64,000 nucleotides of DNA. Origin: Longimicrobiales bacterium (GTDB lineage Bacteria > Gemmatimonadota > Gemmatimonadetes > Longimicrobiales > Gaopeijiaceae). The position numbers and the translations under genes are program-made. The DNA lies in NCBI GenBank assembly GCA_965219445.1, contig CBDCNQ010000004.1, forward strand, positions 800,001 through 864,000, read 5' to 3'. Of the stretch, positions 19,264 to 28,916 are shown piece by piece; the stretch's first letter is position 1; every line of letters begins with the position of its first letter. A model generated the notes under the pieces. The model searched no databases. It was not told the origin of the DNA and saw only the letters and a list, made by a program, of their open reading frames with translations.

Positions 19264-19276
19264 CGACCAGCACTCG

Positions 19277-19879
19277 GTGATGGCCCCGACCCCGCACCAA
19301 GCCGGTATCTTGGCCACGACTGCCATGTGGATGGCCATGATGACGGTCATGATGTTACCCGTGATCACTCCGTGGCTGCTCGGCTTCGCGGCCCTGTCCC
19401 GCGACCGGGAGTCTGGAACCATTCGGCCGGGGTGGGTCGCTCTCTTCGCTCTCGGGTACGCCGCCGTCTGGACCGGCTTCAGCGTGCTGGCCGCGTCGCT
19501 CCAGGTCGGGATGCAAGGCTGGAGCCTCCCGCCTCTAGGTGGACTCGTCCTGATCGGTGCCGGCCTCTACCAAGTGACGCCTGCCAAGGCGACATGTCTC
19601 GACCACTGTCGGACACCGTTGAGCTACTTCCTCACGCACTGGCGGAACGGCCCAGGGGGCGCCTTCAAGATGGGACTCTCGCACGGGGCTTTTTGTGTGG
19701 GCTGCTGCTGGGCATTCATGCTCTCCGGATTCGCCCTCGGACTGATGAGTCTGGTGTGGATGGGCGGTTTCACAGCGATCATCGGTATCGAAACCCTCGC
19801 GCCCCACGGAAAACGGATCGGCCGGTTCGCAGGAGCCGGAATGGTCCTATGGGGACTCACACTACTAACGGGATTCTGA
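19277..19879 (+). CDS. DUF2182 predicted metal-binding membrane protein
   Basis: WMAMMTVMMLP, YQVTPAKATCLDHCRTP, GAFCVGCCWAFM. Confidence 0.88.
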   Translation: MMAPTPHQAGILATTAMWMAMMTVMMLPVITPWLLGFAALSRDRESGTIRPGWVALFALGYAAVWTGFSVLAASLQVGMQGWSLPPLGGLVLIGAGLYQVTPAKATCLDHCRTPLSYFLTHWRNGPGGAFKMGLSHGAFCVGCCWAFMLSGFALGLMSLVWMGGFTAIIGIETLAPHGKRIGRFAGAGMVLWGLTLLTGF

Positions 19880-19881
19880 GG

Positions 19882-21630
19882 TTGGCCAACCGTACCAAAG
19901 TCACCGGAAACAGCCTCCGGCATGCCTTTCAGGAGATTATTTGGCCCCGCCGCAAACTCATCGCGGTGGGCCTATTCCTGATACTTCTCAATCGACTCAG
20001 CGGGCTGGTCCTTCCAGCCTCCACGAAGTACCTGGTCGACGACGTACTCGTCCAAGGTCAGTTCGATCTGCTCTTCCGTCTGTTGGGTCTCCTGGTGGTG
20101 GCCGTGTGCATTCAGGCAGCCTCTGGCTACCTCCTGACGCTCCTCCTCAGCGTCGAAGCGCAACACCTGATCGCCCAGCTCCGCTCCCAGGTCCAGCGGC
20201 ATGTCCTCACGCTGCCCGTGCGTTTCTTCGACAGTATGAAGTCCGGAGAGTTGGTCTCGCGCATCATGAACGACGTGGAAGGAGTCCGCAATCTTGTGGG
20301 AACCGGCTTGGTTCAACTGGTCGGAGGCACGATTACGGCGATCGTCGCGTTCATCTTCCTCGCACGGATCGATTTCGTTATGACCCTGCTGGTCCTGGTT
20401 CCTTTGGGGCTCTTCGGCTTCGTGTCGACCCGGGCGTTCCAGACGCTGCGCCCCGCATTTCGCGAACGGGGGCAGATTCGCGCGGAAGTCACCGGGCGCC
20501 TTACCGAGGCGCTCGGCGGCATTCGCGTCATCAAGGGTTTCCACGCGCTCGAGAAGGAGGGCGAGATCTTCGAGGACGGTGTGCTCCGCATCTACCAAAA
20601 CGTCAAGACGACGCTGACAACGTCGAGCACGGTTAGCAGCCTCGGCACGTTCTTCATCGGCACCGCGAGCGTGCTCATCATGGGCTACGGTGGCCGGCAG
20701 ATCCTTCAGGGGTCGCTAACGCTGGGGGATCTCTTCTCTTTCACGCTCTTCATGGGATTCCTGATCGCGCCGATCGTGCAGATGGCCAACATCGGGACCC
20801 AGATGACGGAGGCGTTCGCCGGCCTCGATCGGACGGCGGACCTCCTCTCCTGGCCCTCGGAGGACGACGATCCCCGGCGCACTGAGACCATGCCGATTGT
20901 AGAGGGACGTGTCGTGTTCGAGGACGTCAGTTTCGCCTACGAAGAGGACAAACCGGTCCTCCGAGGTATCAATTTCGAGGCTGATCCGGGCACCGTCATT
21001 GCCCTCGTAGGCAGTTCGGGCTCCGGAAAGTCGACTCTGGCTGGATTGGCGGCGACCTTCCTGACCCCTGATTCCGGCCGGGTTCTGATGGACGACGTAG
21101 ACCTGGCCACCGTGAGGCTGTCGAGTTACCGGTCACAGCTCGGCCTCGTGCTGCAGGACGACTTTCTTTTCGACGGCACCATCCGCGAAAACCTGCTCTT
21201 CGCACGACCCGATGCCAGTGACCCGGACCTACAGGATGCGGCAGATCAGGCCTACGTCACGGAGTTCACCGATCGCTTCCCGGAGGGCTTGGACACGGTC
21301 ATCGGCGAGCGCGGCGTCAAGCTTTCAGGGGGCCAGCGCCAGCGGGTCACCATCGCCCGGGCACTGCTGTCCGATCCACGTGTACTGCTGCTCGACGAGG
21401 CCACGTCCAGCCTCGACACGGAGAGCGAGGCACTGATTCAGCAAAGCCTGGGAGGACTCCTTCAGGACCGTACCACGTTCGTCATCGCCCACCGTCTCTC
21501 GACCATTCAACGAGCCGATCTCATCCTGGTCATCGAGGACGGTGAGATCGTCGAGCGCGGCCGCCATGACGAGCTGATCGAAATAGACGGGCGCTACCAC
21601 CAACTCTACACGGTACAGGCGAGGATCTAG
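19882..21630 (+). CDS. ABC transporter ATP-binding/permease fusion (exporter type)
   Basis: TM domain plus GSSGSGKST, LSGGQRQR, LLLDEATS, IAHRLSTI; TTG start inferred (the track ORF extends upstream across DUF2182). Confidence 0.92.
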   Translation: MANRTKVTGNSLRHAFQEIIWPRRKLIAVGLFLILLNRLSGLVLPASTKYLVDDVLVQGQFDLLFRLLGLLVVAVCIQAASGYLLTLLLSVEAQHLIAQLRSQVQRHVLTLPVRFFDSMKSGELVSRIMNDVEGVRNLVGTGLVQLVGGTITAIVAFIFLARIDFVMTLLVLVPLGLFGFVSTRAFQTLRPAFRERGQIRAEVTGRLTEALGGIRVIKGFHALEKEGEIFEDGVLRIYQNVKTTLTTSSTVSSLGTFFIGTASVLIMGYGGRQILQGSLTLGDLFSFTLFMGFLIAPIVQMANIGTQMTEAFAGLDRTADLLSWPSEDDDPRRTETMPIVEGRVVFEDVSFAYEEDKPVLRGINFEADPGTVIALVGSSGSGKSTLAGLAATFLTPDSGRVLMDDVDLATVRLSSYRSQLGLVLQDDFLFDGTIRENLLFARPDASDPDLQDAADQAYVTEFTDRFPEGLDTVIGERGVKLSGGQRQRVTIARALLSDPRVLLLDEATSSLDTESEALIQQSLGGLLQDRTTFVIAHRLSTIQRADLILVIEDGEIVERGRHDELIEIDGRYHQLYTVQARI

Positions 21631-21671
21631 GATCCCCACCATCATAGGAACGTCGTACATGGAGAAGAGAA

Positions 21672-22328
21672 ATGCCTGACAGGACGGACGAGCAGAGAAT
21701 TCGTGTATTGAATGGCGGTCCGTACCGGGTCGAAGGAGGAGTGCCGATCCTCGATCACGAGGGCACCGGAATCGAGGCTCCCCCGGCGTACTCTCTCTGC
21801 CGCTGCGGGGGATCGGAAAACAAGCCGTTTTGCGATGGGACCCACATGGACAACAACTTCAACGGTCAGGAGTTTGCCAGCAAAGACACCGCTGCGGATC
21901 GGGCGGAGAGCTGCGCGGGCGAAAGCGTCACGATTCACGACGATCGCAGCCGCTGTGCCCACTCGGGCCTGTGCACCGATAATCTGAGTGAAGTGTTCAA
22001 ATTGGGCGTTGAGCCGTGGATCGATCCAAACGGTGCCGAAGCAGACGAGATTATCCGAGTGGTGAGCTTGTGTCCGTCGGGCGCTCTGAGCTATTCGGTG
22101 GGGGACTCTGCTGAGCCTGTCGAGAGCCCCGAGGGGCCTAGCATCACCGTGGCGAGGGATGCGCCCTACTGGGTGCGGGGTGTGCAGGTGGTGGCGGGGG
22201 ATGGTGAGGCATACGACGTCCGCGAACGGCAGGCTCTTTGCCGCTGCGGTGGATCACACAACAAGCCGTTCTGTGACGGGTCGCACTGGTATATGGGCTT
22301 CAAGCATGAGATGGGGGCCGACAGCTGA
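21672..22328 (+). CDS. CDGSH iron-sulfur protein with a central 4Fe-4S-type domain
   Basis: Two LCRCGGSxNKPFCDG(T/S)H motifs flanking 'CAHSGLC...CPSGAL'. Confidence 0.9.
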   Translation: MPDRTDEQRIRVLNGGPYRVEGGVPILDHEGTGIEAPPAYSLCRCGGSENKPFCDGTHMDNNFNGQEFASKDTAADRAESCAGESVTIHDDRSRCAHSGLCTDNLSEVFKLGVEPWIDPNGAEADEIIRVVSLCPSGALSYSVGDSAEPVESPEGPSITVARDAPYWVRGVQVVAGDGEAYDVRERQALCRCGGSHNKPFCDGSHWYMGFKHEMGADS

Positions 22329-22352
22329 GATTCACCTTGACCGCCTCACCGA

Positions 22353-23219
22353 CTAACTACTGGGTCCGAATCGCAGCCGGCTTTCCTCGAAGTACTCCTC
22401 GTCCGTCATCTCCCGCCCCATGTCGATCCACTCCTCATCGGTCATTCGGGCACGGCCATCGATGACTCGTGGCGCACGCTCTCCGACGAGATAGCGAAAG
22501 CGTGGATCAGGATCGTCGAGCGCGTTGGCGATCACCTCGGCGACCACGCTCGGTGGCTCCGCGCCGCCTCGAGCATGCCTGTACAGCGCCTGCATCCTTC
22601 GCAAATGAGGGGCGTACGGCCCATCGCCGACCTCGATGTCGCCAACCTTGTCGAGAATCGGCGTCGTGATAAAACTGGGCTCGATCACGATGACTCGGAT
22701 CCCGAGGCGCCTCGTCTCGATGGCAACAGCCTCACTCAGGGCTTCCAGGGCAAACTTGCTCGCGGCGTAGATGCCGTGTCCAGCGCTCACCATGCGACCC
22801 GCTACCGATGAGACGTTCACTATCGTGCCGCTCCTCCTCTCTCTCATCCCCGGAATCACGGCCTGCATCATCCGGAGCGGTCCGAAGACGTTTGTCTCGA
22901 AGAGGGCCTTGGCGTCCTCGATGGGCACCTCCTCGACGCTCGTGAGCATTCCCAACCCGGCGTTGTTGACGAGAGCGTCAATCCGGTCGGAACGTTCGAT
23001 GACTCCGCCAACCGCCGAGGCCACGGACGCGGAGTCGTCGACATCCAGCGCAATGAGCTCCAGATCCAGCCCTTCCTCTTCCACTGCACGTCGGAGCCCG
23101 CCACCGGAAGCCTCGGGCGTGCGCATGGAGGCGTAGACCGTATGGCCCAGCCGCGCAAAATGGAGGGCGGTGGCTTCGCCGATCCCGGTGCTGGCCCCGG
23201 TGACGAGAGTAACCATCAT
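22353..23219 (-). CDS. Short-chain dehydrogenase/reductase
   Basis: TGASTGIG, NNAG, YAASKFALE. Confidence 0.92.
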   Translation of the reverse strand: MMVTLVTGASTGIGEATALHFARLGHTVYASMRTPEASGGGLRRAVEEEGLDLELIALDVDDSASVASAVGGVIERSDRIDALVNNAGLGMLTSVEEVPIEDAKALFETNVFGPLRMMQAVIPGMRERRSGTIVNVSSVAGRMVSAGHGIYAASKFALEALSEAVAIETRRLGIRVIVIEPSFITTPILDKVGDIEVGDGPYAPHLRRMQALYRHARGGAEPPSVVAEVIANALDDPDPRFRYLVGERAPRVIDGRARMTDEEWIDMGREMTDEEYFEESRLRFGPSS

Positions 23220-23764
23220 CGATCCTTGAGCTTGTGAGCGAACTTCTTCCTTAGTTTCGCGACTTTGGGGTCGATCACCACCTGGCAGTAGGGCTGGTTC
23301 CGGTTTCGTCGAAAGTACTCCTGATGGTCCGGCTTGGCCGGGTAGAACACATCGAAGGGTGTGACCTCCGTGACGATCGGATCGGCCCAAACGCCCTGTG
23401 CGGTCAACTCTGCTATCACCGCCTCCGCGGTCTCCCTTTGCTCCTCAGAGTGATAGAAGATCGCCGATCGGTATTGAGCCCCGACATCTCCCCCCTGACG
23501 ATTCAGCGTCGTGGGGTCGTGCATAGCAAAGAAGACCTCGATGATTTCCCGAAAGCTCGTGAGCGACGGGTCCACCCGAAGCTGGACGACCTCGGCGTGC
23601 CCGGTGAGCCCCGAGCAAAGTTGCTCGTAGGTCGGATTCGGCTCGGGACCGCCCGAGGCACCCGACACCACGCTCTCGACACCCTCGAGTAACTCGAAGA
23701 CGGCCTCCATGCACCAGTAGCAGCCCCCGCCGAGGGTGACGAGCTCCAGCGATCCGCCGTTCAC
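23216..23764 (-). CDS. msrA: Peptide-methionine (S)-S-oxide reductase
   Basis: GGGCYWCMEA, TGHAEVVQ, HDPTTLNRQGGDVGAQYRSAIF, HQEYF, YCQVVIDPK. Confidence 0.95.
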   Translation of the reverse strand: MNGGSLELVTLGGGCYWCMEAVFELLEGVESVVSGASGGPEPNPTYEQLCSGLTGHAEVVQLRVDPSLTSFREIIEVFFAMHDPTTLNRQGGDVGAQYRSAIFYHSEEQRETAEAVIAELTAQGVWADPIVTEVTPFDVFYPAKPDHQEYFRRNRNQPYCQVVIDPKVAKLRKKFAHKLKDR

Positions 23765-23827
23765 GAGTCCCGAGGAGTCAGGGCCGGAGCTCCGGCGACC
23801 GTATCGGTCCGACCGGTGACTCGGACT

Positions 23828-24277
23828 TCACGCCGCCGCAATGCATTCGATTTCCACGCGAGCGGTCCCCGACATGCCCGCCCCGACGGCGGTCCGGGCC
23901 GGCTTGTTCTCCGGGAAGAATCCCATATAGACCTCGTTCATGGCACCCCACTCAGCCATATCGGCCAAGAAGACGGTGCACTTCAAGACGCGGTCCATCG
24001 AGGATCCGAAGCGTTCGAGTGCGTCTTGAATGGATTCGAGAGCACGGCGAGTTTCGGGCTGGACTCCGCTCTCCCCTCCCCCCCCGAGCTTTCCGGCCAA
24101 GAAAAGTAGTCCACCGTACCGAACTCCTTCGGAGTACGGCGCCCGAGGGTTGGGATTCAGATACTCGGGGGCGGCGTCTTGCTGGATCGCCGGCTGGGCG
24201 GCGCCAGTCTCTGATACGGGCGGTTGGCAAGCGACGATTGCGAGGAACAGGGCGAGCGCGGTCGCTCCTCGAAACAT
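23828..24277 (-). CDS. RidA/YjgF family protein with a lipoprotein-type signal peptide
   Basis: MFRGATALALFLAIVAC; APYSEGVRYGGLLFLAG, VLKCTVFLADMAEWGAMNEVY, PARTAV, VEIECIA. Confidence 0.88.
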   Translation of the reverse strand: MFRGATALALFLAIVACQPPVSETGAAQPAIQQDAAPEYLNPNPRAPYSEGVRYGGLLFLAGKLGGGGESGVQPETRRALESIQDALERFGSSMDRVLKCTVFLADMAEWGAMNEVYMGFFPENKPARTAVGAGMSGTARVEIECIAAA

Positions 24278-24437
24278 GGTGATCCTCCTGAACGAGATGA
24301 GTGGCTGGTAGAACCTATGCCCGCAGCCCCCGGATGCGCACGGGCACGTCACTTTCCCGCCTTGCGGCAGAGGCACATACCCACCCAATTGGTCGCTTGC
24401 TCGGATCTCCCTCGAGGAGCCGAAGGGTGGTGGATGG

Positions 24438-25130
24438 ATGCATCTGACCCGATCCAAGTTCGAGGCGACAGAAAGCTCGGGCGACGTCTCGGCGTTGCTC
24501 ATGCGCCCGGTCGACGCCGATTGCTTGCTCGTGCTGGCGCACGGCGCCGGCGCTGGGATGGAGCATCCTTTCATGGAGGCTCTGGCCGTCCGGCTGGCCG
24601 ACCGGCGGATCGCCACTTTTCGGTACCAGTTCCCCTACATGGAGCATGGACGTGGGCGCCCCGATTATCAGCCCATTCTCCTGAAGACCGTGCGGTCGGC
24701 AGTATCTGCAGCCTCGGTGCTCTCCGACGGGCTTCCCCTTTTCGCCGGGGGCAAGTCCATGGGTGGCCGAATGACGTCATTGGCCGCTGCGAAGCAACCT
24801 CTTGCGGCTGTGCAAGGTATCGTCTTCTTCGCCTTCCCCCTTCATCCCGCCCACAAGCCCGGTGTCGAACGGGCCGAGCATTTGAGGGAAGTCGATGTCC
24901 CGTTGCTTTTCCTACAAGGGACCCGGGACAAGATGGCCCCCCTCGATCTGCTGGAGGCCGCTCGTCAAGATCTCCTACAGACCGCTACGCTCCACGTGGT
25001 CGAGGGAGCGGATCACGGCTTTCACGTCTTGAAGAGGTCCGGTCGCACGGACGACGAGGTTCAGGACGAACTCGCGGATGCGACTCGATCCTGGATCGAC
25101 GGTCTCACGAGTAGCGCCCCGCCGTCCTAA
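24438..25130 (+). CDS. Alpha/beta hydrolase (KANL3/Tex30-like)
   Basis: LAHGAGAGMEHPFM, GGKSMGGRM, FPLHP, QGTRD, GADHGF. Confidence 0.88.
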   Translation: MHLTRSKFEATESSGDVSALLMRPVDADCLLVLAHGAGAGMEHPFMEALAVRLADRRIATFRYQFPYMEHGRGRPDYQPILLKTVRSAVSAASVLSDGLPLFAGGKSMGGRMTSLAAAKQPLAAVQGIVFFAFPLHPAHKPGVERAEHLREVDVPLLFLQGTRDKMAPLDLLEAARQDLLQTATLHVVEGADHGFHVLKRSGRTDDEVQDELADATRSWIDGLTSSAPPS

Positions 25131-25209
25131 ATTCCGAAGAACGCTGAAACCGCGACGTTGAGAATTCCGAGGAACAGACTGTCACGGTCCTGCCGGTACC
25201 ACCCCGAGT

Positions 25210-27852
25210 TCACCCCGCACGCCGAGCCAACCGCTCGAGCGCGCCGATCAGATCAGGCCGGTCCTTCAGAACCCCCAAGAACGGGTCGCCGCCCTTGAGC
25301 CGCTTCATGCGGGCCGGTACCGTTTTGACCGTATGCTTGCGGATGTCCAGCCGCCCCGTGACTTCGCTCCACTTGAGCGGTGTGGAGACCGCAGCCTCGG
25401 GGACCGGACGGACGCTGAACGGGGCGACGAGGAGCTGGCCGCGGCGGTTCTGGAGAAAGTCCACGTAGACCCTCCCTTCGCGGTCTCGGATCGTCCGCGT
25501 AATGGTGGCGATTTCGGGGAGCTCCGTGACCACAACCTGCGCCAACAAGTGGCCCAGCTGGCGGGACTGCTCATAGTCGCACTGTTGCCCCAGCGGGACC
25601 AGAACGTGAAGACCCGAGGAGCCGCTCGTCTTCACGTACGTGGGCAGCTCGATCTCGTCGCACACATCACGGATGACACGGGCGACTTTCACCACATCCC
25701 CAAAGGGAGCCCCCTTGGGATCGAGGTCCAGAATACACCAGTCCGGCTGGTCGATCGTCGCAATTCTGCTCGACCAGACATGCAGAGGTATGGCGGCCGA
25801 GTTGGCCACGTAAAGGAGGGTCTCCAGGTCTTCCACCACGAAGTAGTCGATCGGCTTCTCGGAACTCTCGCTCCAAACGGACTCAGTCCGTACCCAGTCG
25901 GGCGCCCAGTCGGGGGCGTTCTTCTGATAGAAAGACTTTCCGTGGATCCCATCCGGGTAGCGGGTGAGCACGAGACAACGATCCCCCAAATAGGGCTCGA
26001 TCCACTCCCACGCGGCTCGGTAGTAGTCGATGAGGTCACCCTTCGTGTAGCCCATCTCGGGCCAGAGCTCCTTGTCGAGATTCGTGAAGTGAACGGTACG
26101 ATCGACGGAGTCGTCCGTGACGGGCATTGGAGCGCCCTCTCCACCCTCGCGAGCTCCTCCACCGTCCTCACTCTGTCGGACGCACTCCTGCGGACTCTTG
26201 TCATCCCGAAGGCGCACGAAAGCGGGGTGTCGGATCACTCCTCCCTCGGTGAACTCCTTATAACGGACCTCGGCGACGAGCTCCGGCCGAACCCAGTGAT
26301 GACTGGGACTCTTGGGGACGTTTCCTCCGAGAGCGGGAGCGTTCGCCTTCCCCCCCAGGCCGCCTGAATCCACGTCGGTGGAAGCCTCTAAAGCCCGGAT
26401 GGACTCCATGATCTCATCGAGCATGTCGTCGCTGAAGCCCGTGCCGACACTTCCAGCATAGACGAGCTCCCCGTCGTTCACCTCATCGTACTGTGCCAGG
26501 TGAAGCGCGCCGAAGCCTGGTCGTCCACCTTTCGGATCGGTGTAGCCCACCACGACGAAGTCATCGGTGCGAACAGCCCGAATCTTGTACCAGGAGGTCG
26601 AACGTCCGGACCGATACGGACTGTCCGACTTCTTGGCCACGATGCCCTCGAGCCGCATCGCCGTTACCTGTTCGTACATCGCCTGGCCCTGGGTCTCGAC
26701 GTGATCCGAATAGCGAACCGGACCCACTGTGGGAAGGACCTCACGCAGGATTGCCTTGCGAGCTATCAACGGGAGATCCCGAAGGTCCAGCCCCGCGAAC
26801 GCCAGAAGATCGAAAGCATAGAACGCAGCCGGAAGATCGAGCGCCGCGCGGGCGATGTCGGAGCTCCGCTGCAACCGACCCCTCCGTTGGAGGCGGGAGA
26901 AGCTCGGAAGGCCCGCGTCATCGTGCACCACGACCTCTCCGTCCAGAACGATGCCTCCATACGGAAGGCTACGAACGGCTCGAGCGATGTCGGGGAAGGT
27001 CCCTGTGATGTCGTTCCCGTTTCTCGACCACAGAACCGGCTCCCCCCCTGCCCCGTCCGCGATGAGACGGTATCCGTCGTATTTGATCTCGAAGACCCAC
27101 CCCTCCTTTGTGAAAGGCTCCTCACGCGCGGTGGCCAGCATCACCCTGAGACCTCCTGCCCTGCCGGAAATCGAGCTGGGAGCGGCAGAGCCAGTCGATG
27201 CGGACGAGCCCGCCGGCTTCGACGAGTCGCCTGGCACCCCGAGCTCCCGTGCCTTATCCACAATTTCCCCTTCACGCTCCTGCGGATGGGCGAGTTGATC
27301 GACCAGGAGTCCCGAGTAGATCGAATCGTCGGGAAAGGCTTCCGTGCCGCGCCCATCGACGTAGCCGTCCCGCTCTTTGATGAGGAGCCAGTGGCTCTCA
27401 CCCCGCTTGGGGGTATGTACGAGAGTCCAGCGGCCCCTGAGCTTGTAGCCATGCAGCTCGAATAGCAGCTTGCCATGCTCGATTCCATGGTCGTCCCCCG
27501 GGATTTCGCTCCATACGCCCTTGTCCCAGCAAATCGACGGGCCGGCACCGTACTGGCCCTCGGGAATGACCCCCTCGAATTCCGCATACTCCAATGGGTG
27601 GGGCTCCACGTGCATGGCAAGCCGCTTGTCCGCTGGATCCGGGGAAGGCCCCTTCGGAACGGCCCAGGACTCCAGAACGCCGTCCATCTCGAGCCGCAGA
27701 TCCCAGTGGAGCGAGCTGGCGTGATGCTTTTGAACCACGAAGATCCGCCGCTCGCCCAGGGGGGCTCCCCCCCCGAGCGGTTCCGGAGTTTCTCGGGCTG
27801 AACGCTTGTCGCGGTAGCGCTCGAGCTTGTCATCGCGGGAGCCTGTAGACAT
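25210..27852 (-). CDS. ligD: NHEJ DNA ligase D (phosphoesterase-ligase-polymerase order)
   Basis: FVVQKHHASSLHWDLRLE (PE), EIKYDGYR and EGIVAKK (ligase), LDLDP and KTSGSSGLHV (polymerase). Confidence 0.96.
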   Translation of the reverse strand: MSTGSRDDKLERYRDKRSARETPEPLGGGAPLGERRIFVVQKHHASSLHWDLRLEMDGVLESWAVPKGPSPDPADKRLAMHVEPHPLEYAEFEGVIPEGQYGAGPSICWDKGVWSEIPGDDHGIEHGKLLFELHGYKLRGRWTLVHTPKRGESHWLLIKERDGYVDGRGTEAFPDDSIYSGLLVDQLAHPQEREGEIVDKARELGVPGDSSKPAGSSASTGSAAPSSISGRAGGLRVMLATAREEPFTKEGWVFEIKYDGYRLIADGAGGEPVLWSRNGNDITGTFPDIARAVRSLPYGGIVLDGEVVVHDDAGLPSFSRLQRRGRLQRSSDIARAALDLPAAFYAFDLLAFAGLDLRDLPLIARKAILREVLPTVGPVRYSDHVETQGQAMYEQVTAMRLEGIVAKKSDSPYRSGRSTSWYKIRAVRTDDFVVVGYTDPKGGRPGFGALHLAQYDEVNDGELVYAGSVGTGFSDDMLDEIMESIRALEASTDVDSGGLGGKANAPALGGNVPKSPSHHWVRPELVAEVRYKEFTEGGVIRHPAFVRLRDDKSPQECVRQSEDGGGAREGGEGAPMPVTDDSVDRTVHFTNLDKELWPEMGYTKGDLIDYYRAAWEWIEPYLGDRCLVLTRYPDGIHGKSFYQKNAPDWAPDWVRTESVWSESSEKPIDYFVVEDLETLLYVANSAAIPLHVWSSRIATIDQPDWCILDLDPKGAPFGDVVKVARVIRDVCDEIELPTYVKTSGSSGLHVLVPLGQQCDYEQSRQLGHLLAQVVVTELPEIATITRTIRDREGRVYVDFLQNRRGQLLVAPFSVRPVPEAAVSTPLKWSEVTGRLDIRKHTVKTVPARMKRLKGGDPFLGVLKDRPDLIGALERLARRAG

Positions 27853-28067
27853 GGGTCAGGTTAACGAAATCCTGGCCCGACGCACCACCGCTTTCCCCTC
27901 TTTTCGGAATAGGCCGAGGTCATTAGCGTAGGAACTCCCTATTCCCGCCTGTGCCGTGAGCACTTTCGATCGTGAGATCGAGCCCCCCGTCGTGATTTCC
28001 GTTGCGCTGCGTGAAGCCATGAACATATGTTTAGGCCCGCACCCCCGGTTTAAGGAGTAGTCTTCAC

Positions 28068-28916
28068 ATGGCCGCACGCTCAATCGCAACTTCGACGATC
28101 TCGTTCGGGCTGGTTTCGCTCCCGGTAAAGCTGTATGCCACGGCCGAATCGAAAGCACGCATCTCATTCAACATGGTGCACAAGACCTGTGGCACGCGCG
28201 TGAAGCAGCAGTATATCTGCCCTAAGGACGACGAGATTGTCCCTCGGGAAGACATCGTTAAGGGTTATGAGTTCGCCAAGGGCCAGTATGTGCTATTCAG
28301 CCCTGATGAGCTCAAAGCAGTCGAGCAGCCCAAGACAGACTCGATCGAAATCACCGAGTTCGTGCCCGCGGACCAGGTGGAACGGCTCTATTTCGATCGG
28401 GCCTATTACTTGGGGCCGGACAAGGGTGGCGCCCGTGCGTACCGGCTACTCTCGGCTGCGCTGGCGCAGACCGACCGAGTCGCGATCGCAAAACACGCCA
28501 CGCGAGGCAAGCAGCATCTCGTAATGGTCCGCCCTTTCGAGGGAGGCTTGCTCATGGAGCAACTTCGTTACGCCAATGAGGTCCGCTCCTTCTCGGAAGT
28601 TCCGCTGGAAGAGGGTGACGTGGACGACTCGGAACTCGACCTCGCGGTCAAGCTCGTGGACCAGGCATCGTCCGACGCATTCCAGGCGGCCGACTACCAG
28701 GACGATGTTCACGAGCGCATGCTCGAGCTCATCCAGCAGAAGGTCGACGGCGAGGACATCGTCACAGTGGCCCACGAGGAGCCTCAGACTCAGATCATCG
28801 ACCTGATGGCGGCCCTTAAGGCGAGCCTCGCCGAGGAGGGTACTGAACGGAAACCGGCGAAAGCGGCGTCGGGGAAGAAAAGGAAGGCGCCCGCCCGAAA
28901 GAGGGCCTCGAGCTGA
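28068..28916 (+). CDS. ku: NHEJ DNA end-binding protein Ku
   Basis: ARSIATSTISFGLVSLPVKLY, IVKGYE, IIDLMAALKASL, basic C-terminal tail. Confidence 0.95.
   Translation: MAARSIATSTISFGLVSLPVKLYATAESKARISFNMVHKTCGTRVKQQYICPKDDEIVPREDIVKGYEFAKGQYVLFSPDELKAVEQPKTDSIEITEFVPADQVERLYFDRAYYLGPDKGGARAYRLLSAALAQTDRVAIAKHATRGKQHLVMVRPFEGGLLMEQLRYANEVRSFSEVPLEEGDVDDSELDLAVKLVDQASSDAFQAADYQDDVHERMLELIQQKVDGEDIVTVAHEEPQTQIIDLMAALKASLAEEGTERKPAKAASGKKRKAPARKRASS

Noticed and set aside
19327..19881. Long N-terminal extension of the ABC transporter ORF (767 aa in the track)
   Set aside because: It overlaps DUF2182 in another frame and has no protein-like features; the likely start is TTG 19882.
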